In this document: positions 39,736 to 54,822 of the stretch, one piece after another
How positions within the stretch are numbered: position 1 is the first letter of the stretch
How the letters are laid out: the number at the start of each line of letters is the position of its first letter
NCBI GenBank assembly: GCA_964016885.1
Contig: OZ024764.1
Coordinates: 15,500,001 to 15,564,000, forward strand
From: Eledone cirrhosa
Taxonomy: Eukaryota
Direction of reading: 5' to 3'
Length of the DNA stretch: 64,000 bases
Position numbers and translations under genes: made by a program
Notes under the pieces: generated by a model
Seen by the model: the letters and a program-made list of their open reading frames with translations, nothing else
The model's database searches: none
Told to the model about the DNA's origin: nothing

Positions 39736-39802
39736 TTTTATCTGATGAAAACACAAATATTATTGCATGATGATGTTTGTTTTTGAAATGCGCATAATAA
39801 AA
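39736..39802 (+). ncRNA. type I hammerhead ribozyme (right arm of a 135-bp inverted repeat)
   Basis: TTTTAT-CTGATGA-long stem II-GAAA-TGCGCA-TA-ATAAAA; palindromic stem III. Confidence 0.8.
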
Positions 39803-40032
39803 TATATGGAACTCCTTTAACCATCTTTTGATCTTATATTATGCATACTCCAGTCCCACAAACTGTAGAGTGCTTCTTATCCGATATCTGCATTGCTTTA
39901 TTGTACTACAATAAAACTCACCTCCTACATTATATATATATATATATATGTTATTCCGGGTTGAATCGGAGGTAACCACAGTAAGTAAGGTACTCAATAC
40001 ATAGCAGAGTATAAAAGTTTTAATATAGATGA

Positions 40033-40081
40033 GATTCTACAGGACTAGAACTGTTTCATTCTTTAGAAATCATCAGGAATC
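40033..40081 (-). ncRNA. type I hammerhead ribozyme (same family as 30739); the inverted partner arm has a core mutation (CTCATGA)
   Basis: GATTC-CTGATGA-tttctaaagaat-GAAA-CAG..CTG-TA-GAATC on the minus strand. Confidence 0.8.
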
Positions 40082-40164
40082 AGGATTCCTCATGATTTCT
40101 AAAGAATGAAACAGTTCTAGTCCTGTAGAATCTCATCTCTCTCTCTCTATATATATATATATAA

Positions 40165-40910
40165 TTACACCTCTCAAAGGCGATGACACACGCCCGTGAC
40201 CTCTGGCGTCACGCAGTAATACAGAGTACCCGACCTCCCATGGGTACAAGCTGAAGCATATAGACAATATGCCCCCACATCCCCCACTGTAAAGTGGACG
40301 TGTAGGCGCCACGAAAAAGCACCCAGCACTTACTGTAAAGTGGTCGTGGAGGTGCCACGGCAAAAAAAAGCACCCAGCCCACACTGTAAAGTGGTCGTGG
40401 AGGCGCCACGGCAAAAAAAAGCACCCAGCACTCACTGTAAAGTGGTCGTGGAGGTGCCACGGCAAAAAAAAGCACCCAGCCCACACTGTAAAGTGGTCGT
40501 GGAGGCGCCATGGCAAAAAAAAGCACCCAGCACTCACTGTAAAGTGGTCGTGGAGGTGCCACGGCAAAAAAAAGCACCCAGCCCACACTGTAAAGTGGTC
40601 GTGGAGGCGCCACGGCAAAAAAAAGCACCCAGCACTCACTGTAAAGTGGTCGTGGAGGCGCCACGGCAAAAAAAAGCACCCAGCACTCACTGTAAAGTGG
40701 TCGTGGAGGCGCCACGGCAAAAAAAGCACCCAGCACTCACTGTAAATGAGGTTGGTGTTAGGAAGGGCATCCAGCTGTAGAAATCAAGCCAAATCAGTTC
40801 CCGTATGAGCAAGGCATGGTCAGCTGACCAGACACTGCCCACAACAGGACAACCCGTCTAACCCATGCTAGCGTGGAAGAACGGACGTAAAACGGTGATG
40901 ATGATGATGA
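40165..40910 (+). mobile_element. RTE 3' fragment with an internal 51-bp tandem expansion (~8 copies)
   Basis: homologous to 27712-28110. Confidence 0.85.
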
Positions 40911-42479
40911 TATGTGTGTATATATATCTATATATATGCATATGTGTGTGTGTGTATGGGTATATATATGGGTGTGTATATATATTTATAAATATATATA
41001 TAACGAAGGAGTTGTGGTAAGGAACCAGATGGACCATAACACACCAGAAATAGTCGTCGAAACGGCTTGAGCTCTGCCGTCGGGGTCATACATATTCCTA
41101 TATATATATATAAAATGAAAGAAGTATGGTAAGGAACCAGGTGGACATAACGCACCAGAGTACGCAATACTTTGGGTAATAGGAAAAGGTTCAGGACTCC
41201 GACGGCAGAGCTCAAGCCGTTTCGACGGCTATTTCTGGACTGAAATAGCCGTCGAAACGGCTTGAGCTCTGCCGTCGGGGTCCTGAACCTTTTTCTATAT
41301 ATATATATATATATAAAGTAAGAAAGAGGTTAAGACAGTCTGGTGATAGATTAAGAAAAAGAGGAAGAGCAATAAATAAATGTATAGAATAGAAGAGGAG
41401 GGTGGGGTGGGGGCTAGCCAGACAAAGAGAGAGAGTAATGGAAGAACGGGAGGGAAAGGGTGATCAGATAGAGAGAGATAAAGAAGGAGAAGAGAAGGAG
41501 AAGAAAAGGTAGTTAGTAGATATAAAGAGAGGGAAAAAGCCAGACAAAGCGATAGATAGATAAATAAAAGGAGGAGAAGGAGGAGGACTTATAAATAAGA
41601 GAGAGTATGAGCGAAGAGTGAGTGAGGCAGCTGGGGATATAGAGAGAAAACGTAAGTAAATAAAGGAGGAAGGGGAGGAGTGCTAGACAGAAAGAGAAAG
41701 TCAAAGGAATATAAAGTGAGGAAGGGTGTTAGGTAATAATATAGAGAGAGGAGTGAGACGAAGAGAGAGAAAGTAAAGAAACAACTAGGGTAGGAGGTTA
41801 AAATAGAGGGATTAATGTGTATATAGTGAGGGAAAGTAGTTAGAGAGAGAAAGTCTGATAACTACAACGAGGGGGGAGTGTTAAATAGAGAGATTAATGT
41901 GTATATAGTGAGGGAAAGTGAAAAAGAGACGAAAGATCCAAAGAGGGTTAGAGAGTTAGGGAGAAAGAAACGGTGAAGAAGTTAGAAAGAGGGATAGCCA
42001 GATTGAAAGAGAGATAGTTAATAAATACCATGGAAGAAAGGATAATAAAAAGAGAGAGTGGGGTTTAAAGGCAATGAGGAGAAGGATAAGTGACAATGAG
42101 AAGCAGTAAGATAGGAACAGAGTATTAGCAAAGAAGGAGAAGTGTTAGATAGAGAGATTAGAAATGAGAGAGGGAAGATTTAAGAGTATGGTAGGAGGAA
42201 GGGCAATAAGATAAAGAAAGAGGGGTAGAGAGACTACTCAAAGCGAGTAAGAGAAAGAAAGGTATATATATATTAATAGAGAGGGGTTATACAGACAGGA
42301 AACGGAGGGGAAAAAATTTGCTGCGGAGTAGCAGTTCCGAAACTGTGAATTATTCATCGATACTTGGTACCTATTAATAAAATCTCTGTTTTTGATTATC
42401 AAATTGACAAATTTAGAGAAATTAAATTAATTTATTAACCAATTTTAAACAAAATTGAAACTTTATTTTTTCAACACCA

Positions 42480-42620
42480 AAAACTAACCCACATTGACGG
42501 AAGTTTACGTTTGCTAATGTTTGCGCATGATCGCAGGATGCGGCAAGTTAACGTGGCGACATCTATCACTGATTAGTGAAAAAATTCTCGACGATAAATT
42601 TATTGAAAAAATAACGGAAA
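42480..42620. promoter_or_regulatory. candidate housekeeping-type promoter
   Basis: unique, relatively CpG-rich island with CGGAAGT (ETS-like), TGCGCATG (NRF1-like) and AGATGTCGCCAC on the minus strand (CTCF-like); target gene unknown. Confidence 0.35.
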
Positions 42621-45096
42621 TGTTTGAAACGCGTTGTAAAAAAAATATTAATAAATTCAGGCGTTGAAATAATGGAGAACTTTTGTTCAAAAATAGAAAT
42701 TGAAATAGTTTGAAAGAGAAAATAAGTATGGATGGTCAGCGGAAAAGTAATTAAATTATTCATTTTTCGCAGTTTCCAGGTTTCAAGAAATGCTAAAAAG
42801 ATTTATCTCCCTTGTACTCATATTAAAAGTGATTGTTTTTTTTTGTTTTTTTTCTTTAAATTTCTTTTTTAATCTTTTAATTATCCTCTGTTATAATCTT
42901 ATTTTCAGTTCGTATTTTATTAAAAATGTTAAATCGGTCCCTTCTAAACAGCCACAACATGTATTGTAAAATCGCTTTTGTTTATAACATTGTATGAGCG
43001 ACACTTTAGGATTAATAAAATAAATAAATAAAATTATAATTGTAATTATATAAATATACTTTTTATATTTTTTGCTCATTTTCACCCTTTAATGTCTATT
43101 CAAAGATTCGGCCGAAATTCTGGCATTACTAGTCTTCCATACTTAATCATTAGTGAATGGTGAAAACTAGCGGGTATATAGATATATTTATATATACATA
43201 TATATATATATATATGTGCGTATATATATATATATATATATATATATCTATATATATATATATAGATATATATATACATTGGGTGTATATATTATCTCTA
43301 TAGATATCCATACAAATATACATATATATATATATATATATATATGCACATGTGTGTGTGTGTGTGTGCCGCATTACACCCGAGAAATTACATACATATA
43401 TACATACTAAAATTACACCTCCACGCTGCAATATAGACCCAATAGTTTATACAACTGGAATCAGCCCAAGGAGTTTGTGTATACGAAAAGAATGTTTTAT
43501 ATACAGCCATTGCACGTTATTTACTTTCAAAAAGACGGATAAATAACGTATGTTGAGGCGTTTATTTCTGAAAAGCTTACAATTTCTTTCGTAGTAAGAT
43601 GGAAGGTTGGCAGAGAGAGAGAGAAAAGTGATATAGTGATAGAAGTGAGCGAGAGAGGGAATAGTGAAATGGTAATAGAACAGAGAGAGAAGGGTGACAT
43701 AGTAATAGAAGTGATGGAGAAAGAGAGAGAGAGAGAGGTGAATGACATACTAATAGAAGTGAGCGAGAAAGAGAATGAGAATTGTGAAATAGTAATAGAA
43801 GTGAGTAAGAGAGAGAGAGTGAAAAGAGATCGTAATAGAAGAGAGTGAGAAAGAGGGAGAAGAGTGACATAGTAATAGAAGAGAGAAAGTAAAAGTTTAG
43901 GAGAGAAAGATAGTAGAAATTAATAAAGCAAGAGAGAGAGAGAGAGAGTAATACAGTGAGGTAAGAGAGAGAGAGAGAGAGTAATACTATGAGATTAGAG
44001 TGAGCGAGTGAGAGAAAGGCAAGAGACTTCAGAGAGAAAGAGATATTGAGAAAGAGAGGGGGAAGTGGAGAAATTGTAGAGAGAAAGACATAGAGGGAGA
44101 ATAAAAAATAAGATAGGAATAGAGTGAGGGGGAGGAAAAGAGAAGAGATTGCAGAGAGAAAGACATAGTAATAGAGTAAGACAGAGGGGTAGAAAAAGGT
44201 ATAGTCATAGAGAGAGGGGTAGAAAAGAGAAGAGAGCGTAGAGAGAGGGGTAGAAAAAGTTATAGTCATAGAGAGAGGGGTAGAAAAGAAAAAGACATAG
44301 TATTAGAGTAAGAGAGAGGGGTAGAAAAAGTTATAGTCATAGAGAGAGGGGTAGAAAAGAGAAAAACATAGTATTAGAGTAAGAGAGAGGGGTAGAAAAA
44401 AGTTATAGTCATAGAGAGAGGGTGGGAAAGAGAAGAGAGCGTAGAGAGAAAGACATAGTAATAGAGTAAGAGAGAGGGGTAGAAAAAGGTATAGTCATAG
44501 AGAGAGGGGTAGAAAATGATATAGTCATAGAGAGAGCGTAGTAAAGAGAAGAGAGCGTAGAGAGAAAGACATAGTAATAGAGGGAAAGAGAGAGGGAGAG
44601 AATGAAAGTAGTTCGTGACGTTATAGAAGCCGTATAACTTGTATAGCCTTCCGCCTGTCGCATTCTGAGCCTAATATAGTGTGAGTGTGACTTGCAAACT
44701 CACACTTATCTACTATAAGATAGCTTCTTTAAAATATATATATATATACACACACAACAGTGTGTATATAAGTGAGAGAGTATATAAACACACATATATA
44801 TAGGTACATTATATTGACACACACACACACATATATATATTTAAAATAATTTTAGGGGCTTTCATTTTTACAAACACATTTCCCCTATATATACACACAC
44901 ATATATTATTAATTCATAATATTATTATTTATATTTAAATATATTACTAATTATATAGTAATAATAATTGTTGCAGCTGATCTGAGATATATACACACAT
45001 TGTTTTGTATTTTTAATTTGAAAAAAATTAGAAGACAGAAAAAAGAATATATATATGTATATTATATATACATATATATACATTTGAAAAAAGAAA

Positions 45097-45127
<31 letters not shown>

Positions 45128-45659
45128 CACATATATATATTTATACATACATACATATATGTATATTTAATGAATTGTTGGTGTGTATATTGTCGGTGCT
45201 ATATAACTTGTATAGCTGTAGTATAGTTTTATAGTAAGCTATACTATACATCTATAGTATAGTGGTTCTAATTAGTATTAATTAGTGTTAGTAGTAGTAG
45301 TAGTAGTTGTAGTAATAGTTAGGTGCCCACTCTCTCTCTCTCCCCCCTCTCTCTCTGTTTTATATATATATATATACTGTCTAACAGATGTGAGAGAGAG
45401 AGGCAGTGAGTGAGAGAGAGAGTGAGCTAGAAAGAGACACAGATATATATATATATACAAGAGAGGGTGTATATATATATACAGACAGACATATATATAA
45501 ATATATAGGTATATAATTTATATATGAGAGACAAGAAGTCATGGCATCATCTATGAGTGCTACAAGCAAGAGAAAAGCTCGACTCAACAATACTGGAAGG
45601 TTTGTCATACTTTTATACTATTTTATACTATATACACACATGTCTATATAGCTGCATAT

Positions 45660-45690
<31 letters not shown>

Positions 45691-45743
45691 GATGTATGCA
45701 TGTGTGTGTGTGTGTATATATATACATGTCTATATAGCTGCAT

Positions 45744-45775
<32 letters not shown>

Positions 45776-46124
45776 GGATGCATGTGTGTGTGTGTGTGTG
45801 TATGTATATATATACACGTCTATATAGCTGTATATATACATATATATATATGGATGCATGTGTGTGTGTGTGTATATATATATATATACGTCTATATATC
45901 TGTATATATACATATATATATATATGGATGCATGTGTGTGTGTGTATATATATATACACGTCTATATATCTATATATATATATGGATGCATGTGTGTGTG
46001 TGTATATATATATACACGTCTATATATACATATATATATATATGGATGCATGTGTGTGTGTGTGTATATATATATATACACGTCTATATATCTGTATATA
46101 TACATATATATATATATGGATGCA

Positions 46125-46176
<52 letters not shown>

Positions 46177-46237
46177 ATTCTATAGATGTCTGTATATGCG
46201 TGTGTATAGGTGTATATGTATGTCTATACACATACAC

Positions 46238-46275
<38 letters not shown>

Positions 46276-46510
46276 GTATGTATTTAACTGTTTTACAATG
46301 TGTATCTATATATATATATATATATATATATAGACATAAGTTTACGTGTATATACATTATACATAAGTATGTACGTAATTTTTATATATATATAACATGT
46401 GGGTATATATATATTTGTCCATCTTTGATCTTGTAGATTTGGTTGTCTAGCTATCTCCGTTATATACACATGATTATATATATATATATATGATTATATA
46501 TATATATATG

Positions 46511-46584
<74 letters not shown>

Positions 46585-46645
46585 CACACCGACGAAAAAG
46601 TGTTATACATTTAGTTTTTTAAAAATCCATCTGCCATTATGTGTT

Positions 46646-46677
<32 letters not shown>

Positions 46678-46911
46678 CACACACAGTCTATATATATATA
46701 TAGAGAGAGAGAGAGAGACTTTGTGTCTATATGATAATGATCATTATATAAATCTACATCAATTTTTCTATACATAGATATATGTATATATATATGTATA
46801 TATGTTCGTATATATATATATATATATAGATCACCCAAGTATGTATATATATATGTATGTATATATATATATATAGATCGCCCATGTATGTATATATATA
46901 TATATAGATCG

Positions 46912-46949
<38 letters not shown>

Positions 46950-46958
46950 TCGCCCAAG

Positions 46959-46994
<36 letters not shown>

Positions 46995-47130
46995 TCGACT
47001 ATGTATGTATATATATATATAGATCGCCCCGTGTATGTATGTATATACATATATATATACATACATGGGCGATCTATATATATATATACATAGGCGATCT
47101 ATATATATATATACATACATACATGGGCGA

Positions 47131-47174
<44 letters not shown>

Positions 47175-47341
47175 CGATCTATATATATATATATACATAC
47201 ATGGGCGATCTATATATATATATATATATACATACATACACGGGGCGATCTATATATATATATATACATAGGCGATCTATATATATATATACATACATGG
47301 GCGATCTATATATATATATATATATATATATACATAGGCGA

Positions 47342-47388
<47 letters not shown>

Positions 47389-47544
47389 GGGCGATCTATC
47401 TATATATATATATATATATATATACATGGGCGATCTATATATATATATGTATACATGTGTAGTCTTACATTATATAATTTTCTCAGTTGTGAATATATAT
47501 ATATATATATATCGCTGATGTATGTATATATATATAGTGGGTGG

Positions 47545-47596
<52 letters not shown>

Positions 47597-47662
47597 TTTT
47601 TAGACAAACGTAATAAAAATTGTGAATTTTCTTTCTGTTGTGCTAACGTCGACATGAAACTA

Positions 47663-47734
<72 letters not shown>

Positions 47735-48229
47735 CTGTTATTTTAATAAATATATATATATATATACTGTATTTATATACATACATCACTATAATATATA
47801 TACTATATATATATAGGAAGATCTACTTAATGTATCGACTTTATACATTTAGATATAAATCACGTGGATGTGTGTATATATATATATATACATATATATG
47901 TGTATATATATATATGTGTATAAATATAAAGTAGGTACTAACACATATACATGTGTATATGTGCATATATCCATGTGTGTGTGTGTTTATATATATATAT
48001 GTGAATGTATATGTGTGTGTATATATCTGTGTGTGTGTCTATATATGTGAATGTATATATATATATATATATGTATATCCATATATGTGTGTGTGTGTAT
48101 ATTTATATATATGTGTGTGTGTGTATCTATATATATGTGTGTATATATAGACGTGTGTAGGAATTAGTATGAGTATTTTAAGGTGTCCTTGAAAAATTAA
48201 ATTACATATGAAGACACTATATATATATA

Positions 48230-48268
<39 letters not shown>

Positions 48269-48329
48269 CATACATATATATATATATATATATACACACA
48301 TACATACATATATATATATACACAAATAC

Positions 48330-48360
<31 letters not shown>

Positions 48361-48489
48361 CACACACATATATATATATACACACATATATATATATATA
48401 TATACACATATATATATATATATATATACACATACATATATATATATACACATACATATATATATATATACACACACATACATATATAT

Positions 48490-48538
<49 letters not shown>

Positions 48539-48754
48539 TATATACACACACATACACATATATATATATACACACACATACACATATATATATATATACA
48601 CACACACATACATATATATACACACATATATATACACACACACACATATATATATATATACACACATATACATATATACACACATATACATATATACACA
48701 CATACATATATATATATACACACATATATATATATATATATATGTGTATACATA

Positions 48755-48785
<31 letters not shown>

Positions 48786-48847
48786 GTGTATACATACATA
48801 TATGTGTATACATATATATATATGTGTATACATATATATATATACAC

Positions 48848-48897
<50 letters not shown>

Positions 48898-49015
48898 GTG
48901 TATACATACATATATGTGTATACATATATATATATGTGTATACATATATATATATACACATATATATATATATACACATATATATATATATACACATATA
49001 TATATATATATACAC

Positions 49016-49066
<51 letters not shown>

Positions 49067-49179
49067 TATATTTATATATATATATATACACACATATATA
49101 TTTATATATATATATACACACATATATATATTTATATATATATATACACACATATATATATTTATATATATATACACAC

Positions 49180-49227
<48 letters not shown>

Positions 49228-49785
49228 ATACATATATATATATATATACACACATACTGTAGAAAACCTGCCAGACAGTCCACGCTGTAATGTGGCCGTG
49301 TAGGCAACACGGTAAAAACCTCCCAGTCCCACACTGTAAATGTGGTTGGTGTTAGGAAGGGCATCCAGCTGTAGAAAACCCGCCAGACAGTCCTATGCGA
49401 GCAAGACAACCACTCTTGCCTCAAGTGGGAAAACTCCCGTCCAAACCCATGCAAGCGTGGAACACGGACGTTAAACGTTGATGATGATGATACATACATA
49501 TAAATATATATATTTTCACATATATATATATATATATTCTCACATACATATATATATATACACATACATACATATATATATATACACATACATACATATA
49601 TATATATACACACATACATATATATATATACACACACACATACATATATATATATACACACATACATATATATATATATATACACACACATATATATATA
49701 CACACATATATATATATACACACATACATATATATATATACACACATACATATATATATATATACACACATACATATATATATAT

Positions 49786-49816
<31 letters not shown>

Positions 49817-49875
49817 CACACATACATATATATATATACACACATACATATATATATACGCACATATATATATAT

Positions 49876-49926
<51 letters not shown>

Positions 49927-49990
49927 CACACACACATATATATATACGCAATGATATTAAATAAATGGAAACTATATTTTTAAAACCATA

Positions 49991-50047
49991 TTCTATTATA
50001 TATATTTCAAGGGCACCAAAAAACTGGTATGTTCTCATCAGATAAAA
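49991..50047 (-). ncRNA. type I hammerhead ribozyme (related to the 39330 family)
   Basis: TTTTAT-CTGATGA-gaacataccag...tggtgccctt-GAAA-TATATA-TA-ATAGAA. Confidence 0.68.
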
Positions 50048-50216
50048 TATAAAGAGTGTTTTATAAATTTTGACATAACCAAGGAGAAAACACCTTAGTT
50101 GAATATTCCTTGGGTAGTGAGATTTTAGAATGGATTGTTCAAACTTATGGATGAATATGCAAATAAGGTTGAGTTATATGATTGAAAAACTGTTATATAT
50201 ATATATATATATAAAT

Positions 50217-50552
50217 GGAGGCACATGGCTTAGTGGTTAGAGCATTGGCCTTGCAATCGAAAGGTTGTGAGTTCAATTCTCAGACCGGATGATGTGTAGT
50301 TTCCTTGAGCAAGACACTTTATTTCACATTGCTCCAGTTTACTCAGCTGTAGAAATGAGATGATAGGGACTGAGGTCCCTATCATTCCACTGCAAAGTGG
50401 TCGTGGAGGTGCCACGGCAAAAAAGCACCCAGCACTCACTGTAAATGAGGTTGGTGTTAGGAAGGGCATCCAGCTGTAGAAATCGAGCCAGAATCAGTTC
50501 CCGTCCCACCCTTGCAAGCAGGGAAAAGCAGACGTAAAATGATGATGATGAT
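50217..50552 (+). mobile_element. full-length SINE family B
   Basis: A and B boxes, core, RTE tail, (GAT)n. Confidence 0.9.
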
Positions 50553-50656
50553 ATATATATGGGATAGCAGGAAAACTAAGAGGTAGGGAGAAATACGTAT
50601 GCAGATGTAGAGGGAAATTAGACATTAGAAGTCGCAGTGATAGACATATTTTTCAA

Positions 50657-51275
50657 ATGGAGGCGGGTGCTATAGTAGTGGTTGATAGCTTCCGGGACCT
50701 AGGTGATCAGATTAGCATGGGAGGGGGGTGTTCCGAGGCCATAGTATCAAGAATGACAGGTTGCAAGAAGTTTAGGGAGCTGCTTCCTCTGCTGATGAAG
50801 AAGGGTCTCTCTCTGCGTACGAAAGGCCGGTTATATGATGCCTGTGTGAGGAGCGCGATGCTGCATGGTAGTGAGACATGGGCAGCAACCGCAGAGGATA
50901 TGCGATGACTGGAGAGAAATGAGGCAAGCATGCTCCGTTGGATGTGCAATGTCAATGTACGTGAACGACCCAGCATGAATGTGTTGAGAGAGAAACTTTG
51001 TCTGAGAGGGATAGAATGTAGTGTACGGGAGAGGAGACTGAGGTGGTATGGACATGTGATGCGGATGGAGGATGACCGATGGGTGAAGAAATGCCAGTGG
51101 AAGGAAGACGTGGTAGAGGTAGACCACGAAAAACATGGGCGGAGAACAGACCTCAGATCATTGAAGCTCACGGTGGAGATGACGAAGGACCGTGACAAGT
51201 GGAGAGATGCTGGGCTGAACAGGACCCGTCCCACCCTTGCAAGCAGGGAAAAGTGGACGTAAAATGATGATGATG
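50657..51275 (+). mobile_element. 5'-truncated RTE LINE
   Basis: GRLYDACVRSAMLHGSETW and RRLRWYGHVMRM motifs; in-frame stop; (GAT)n tail. Confidence 0.9.
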
Positions 51276-51415
51276 GTATATACACATGTATATATATATG
51301 TGTATATATATATATACACACACATATACTACACACCAGTAGAAGTGTGTGTACACACACACACACATCACTACACACACACCAGTACGTACACACACAT
51401 CACTATACACCAGTA

Positions 51416-51466
<51 letters not shown>

Positions 51467-51885
51467 CAGTACACACACACACACACATCAGTACACACAC
51501 ACACACATCAGTACACACACACACACACATCAGTACACACACACACATCAGTACACACACACACCAGTACACGCACATACATACACACCAGTACATACAC
51601 ATACACCTGTACACACATACACCAGTAGACACACTCACACACCAGTACACACATACACCAGTACACACACAAATCACTACACACCCACACACCAGTACAC
51701 ACACACACACACATCACTACACACATATACCAGTACACACATGCATCACTACACACACACAGCCTGGTTAAAATTATCTCAGGAAAAATGACTTGTTGAG
51801 TAGATTACGTATTGTCTATATGTGTAGATATCTATATATATATATATACACGTGTGTGTGTGTGTGTATATATGTGTGTGTGTGT

Positions 51886-51928
<43 letters not shown>

Positions 51929-52093
51929 GTAATTCCGTCGGAAAAGTCCAGGGAAAAAGAGTGCTCTATGTAGGTAACAGAGCTTAATAGTTATATATAT
52001 ATATATATATACACGTGTGTGTGTCTATATGTATATATATGTGTGTAGATATATATATCTATATATATGTGTGTGTGTATATATATATATATA

Positions 52094-52136
<43 letters not shown>

Positions 52137-52217
52137 AGATATATATATGTGTATGTATGTGTGTATATATGTATTTATGTCTGTATATATATATGTACTT
52201 ATGTGTGTATGTATTTG

Positions 52218-52254
<37 letters not shown>

Positions 52255-52358
52255 ATGTCTGTGTATATATGTAGTGTATCCATGCATATACTTCTGTATC
52301 ATATATTTCAATAGTAACAGTACTTAGCATTTGAAGCTGGCATTTCTATTGTGACTGG

Positions 52359-52390
<32 letters not shown>

Positions 52391-52454
52391 CCACCCACTC
52401 TCTCTATATATATATATAGCCACCCACTATATATATATAGAGAGTGGGTGGCTA

Positions 52455-52797
52455 TTTCATTTCATTTTCATTTTACTTCCGCTTTTTCCCTGCTTGCAAG
52501 GGTGGGACGGGAACTGATTCTGGCTTGATCTCTACAGCTGGATGCCCTCCTTCCTAACACCAACCTCATTTACGGTGAGTGCTGGGTGCTTTTTTGCCGT
52601 GGCACCTCCACGACCACTTTGCAGTGGAATGATAGGGACCCCAGTCCTTATCATCTCATTTCTACAGCTGAGTAAACTGGAGCAATGTGAAATAAAGTCT
52701 CTTGCTCAAGGAAACAACACATCACCCGGTCTGAGAATTGAACTCACAACCTTTCGACTGCAGGGTCAATGCTCTAACCACTAAGCCATGTGCCTCC
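52455..52797 (-). mobile_element. full-length SINE family B
   Basis: near-identical to the 50217 copy in reverse orientation. Confidence 0.9.
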
Positions 52798-52875
52798 ATA
52801 TATATATATATATATAGTGGCTATATATATATATATAGTGGGTGGCTATACATATATATATATATAGTGGGTGGC

Positions 52876-52906
<31 letters not shown>

Positions 52907-52911
52907 GCTGG

Positions 52912-52943
<32 letters not shown>

Positions 52944-53929
52944 CCACGCACTATATATATATATATATAGCTACCCACTATATATATATATATATATATA
53001 TAGCCACCCACTCTCTCTATATATATAGCCACCCACTATATATATATATATATATATAGCCACCCACTATATATATATATATATAGCAACCCACTCTCTC
53101 TATATATAGCCACCCACTATATATATATAGCCACCCACTATATATATATATATATATATATAGCCACCCACTCTCTCTATATATATAGCCACCCACTCTC
53201 TCTATATATAGCCACCCACTATATATATATATATATAGCCACCCACTATATATATATATAGCCACCCACTATATATATATATATATATATATATAGCCAC
53301 CCACTATATATATATATAGCCACCCACTATATATATATATAGCTACCCACTATATATATATAGCCACCCACTATATATATATATATATATATATATACCC
53401 ACCCACTATATATATATATCTATAACTTGCTTTCTTCTTATTCCTATTTTTAAGCCTATATATATATATATATATACTATACACACATACTATATATATA
53501 TATATATATATACACACACTGATACTATATAAATATATATATATATATATATACTATACACACTGATACTATATATATATATATATGACCCTGTCCAAAT
53601 ATAACAAAATGTATATATATATATATATATATATAACAAAGGAGTTGTGGTAAGGAACCAGGTGGTGGACCATAACGCACAAGAGTACTCAATACTTAGG
53701 GTAGTAGAGTGGGTAATAGGAAAAGGTATGACCCCGACGGCAGAGTTCAAGCCGTTTCGACGGCCATTTCAGGACAAAATTCTATTTAGTCCTGAAATGG
53801 CCGGGAAAATAGAATTATCTGTATCTACACACACATGTATATATATTTATATATATATACACACACATGTATATATTTATATATATATACACACACATGT
53901 ATATATTTATATATATATACATACACATG

Positions 53930-53994
<65 letters not shown>

Positions 53995-54117
53995 GTATCC
54001 ACTGTAAGTTGTGGGGTCTATTCTGTATTATCAGCACCTAGAAACGATCGTAAAGCAGTGAAGTATATTTCTAATGACTTGATTTTTTATTTCATTGTTT
54101 TAACTTATATATATATC

Positions 54118-54149
<32 letters not shown>

Positions 54150-54255
54150 GAGCTACACACACACATATATATCTAGACACATACACATATATAGAATTTA
54201 GTCTTGAAATCGCCGTCGAAACGGCTTGAGCTCTGCCGTCGGGGTCATACCTTTT

Positions 54256-54313
<58 letters not shown>

Positions 54314-54790
54314 TACAAACTATATATATATATACACACAGATAGATACTATATATACATATATATATATATATCGAATCACACATGTGTGTTAATTTAT
54401 ACATATACGTCTCGAAACTGACGGTATTGCGGTGTGTGTATATATATATATATATGTGTGTGTGTATATATATATATATATGTGTGTGTGTATATATATA
54501 TATGTGTGTGTATGTTTGTATATATATATATATATATATGTGTGTGTATATATATAGTGAAAACGGGAACAAAAACAAAGGCAGTACAAAGAAAGGTTTA
54601 TTAGTTTCACGCTCTTGTGGGGGGGGGGGGGGGAAATGACGTTTCGGGCATAAGCCCTTCTTGTATGTATATATATATACGTATGTATGTATGTGTGTAT
54701 GTATGTATGTATGTATATATATGTGTATGTATATATATGTATGTATGTGTATGTATATATCTGTATATATGTATGTGTGTGTGCATGTAT

Positions 54791-54822
<32 letters not shown>

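Noticed and set aside
44634-44647. loxP-like ATAACTT(C)GTATAGC
   Set aside because: One base missing and no second arm
50217-50290. tRNA gene
   Set aside because: A and B boxes belong to SINE heads; no complete cloverleaf
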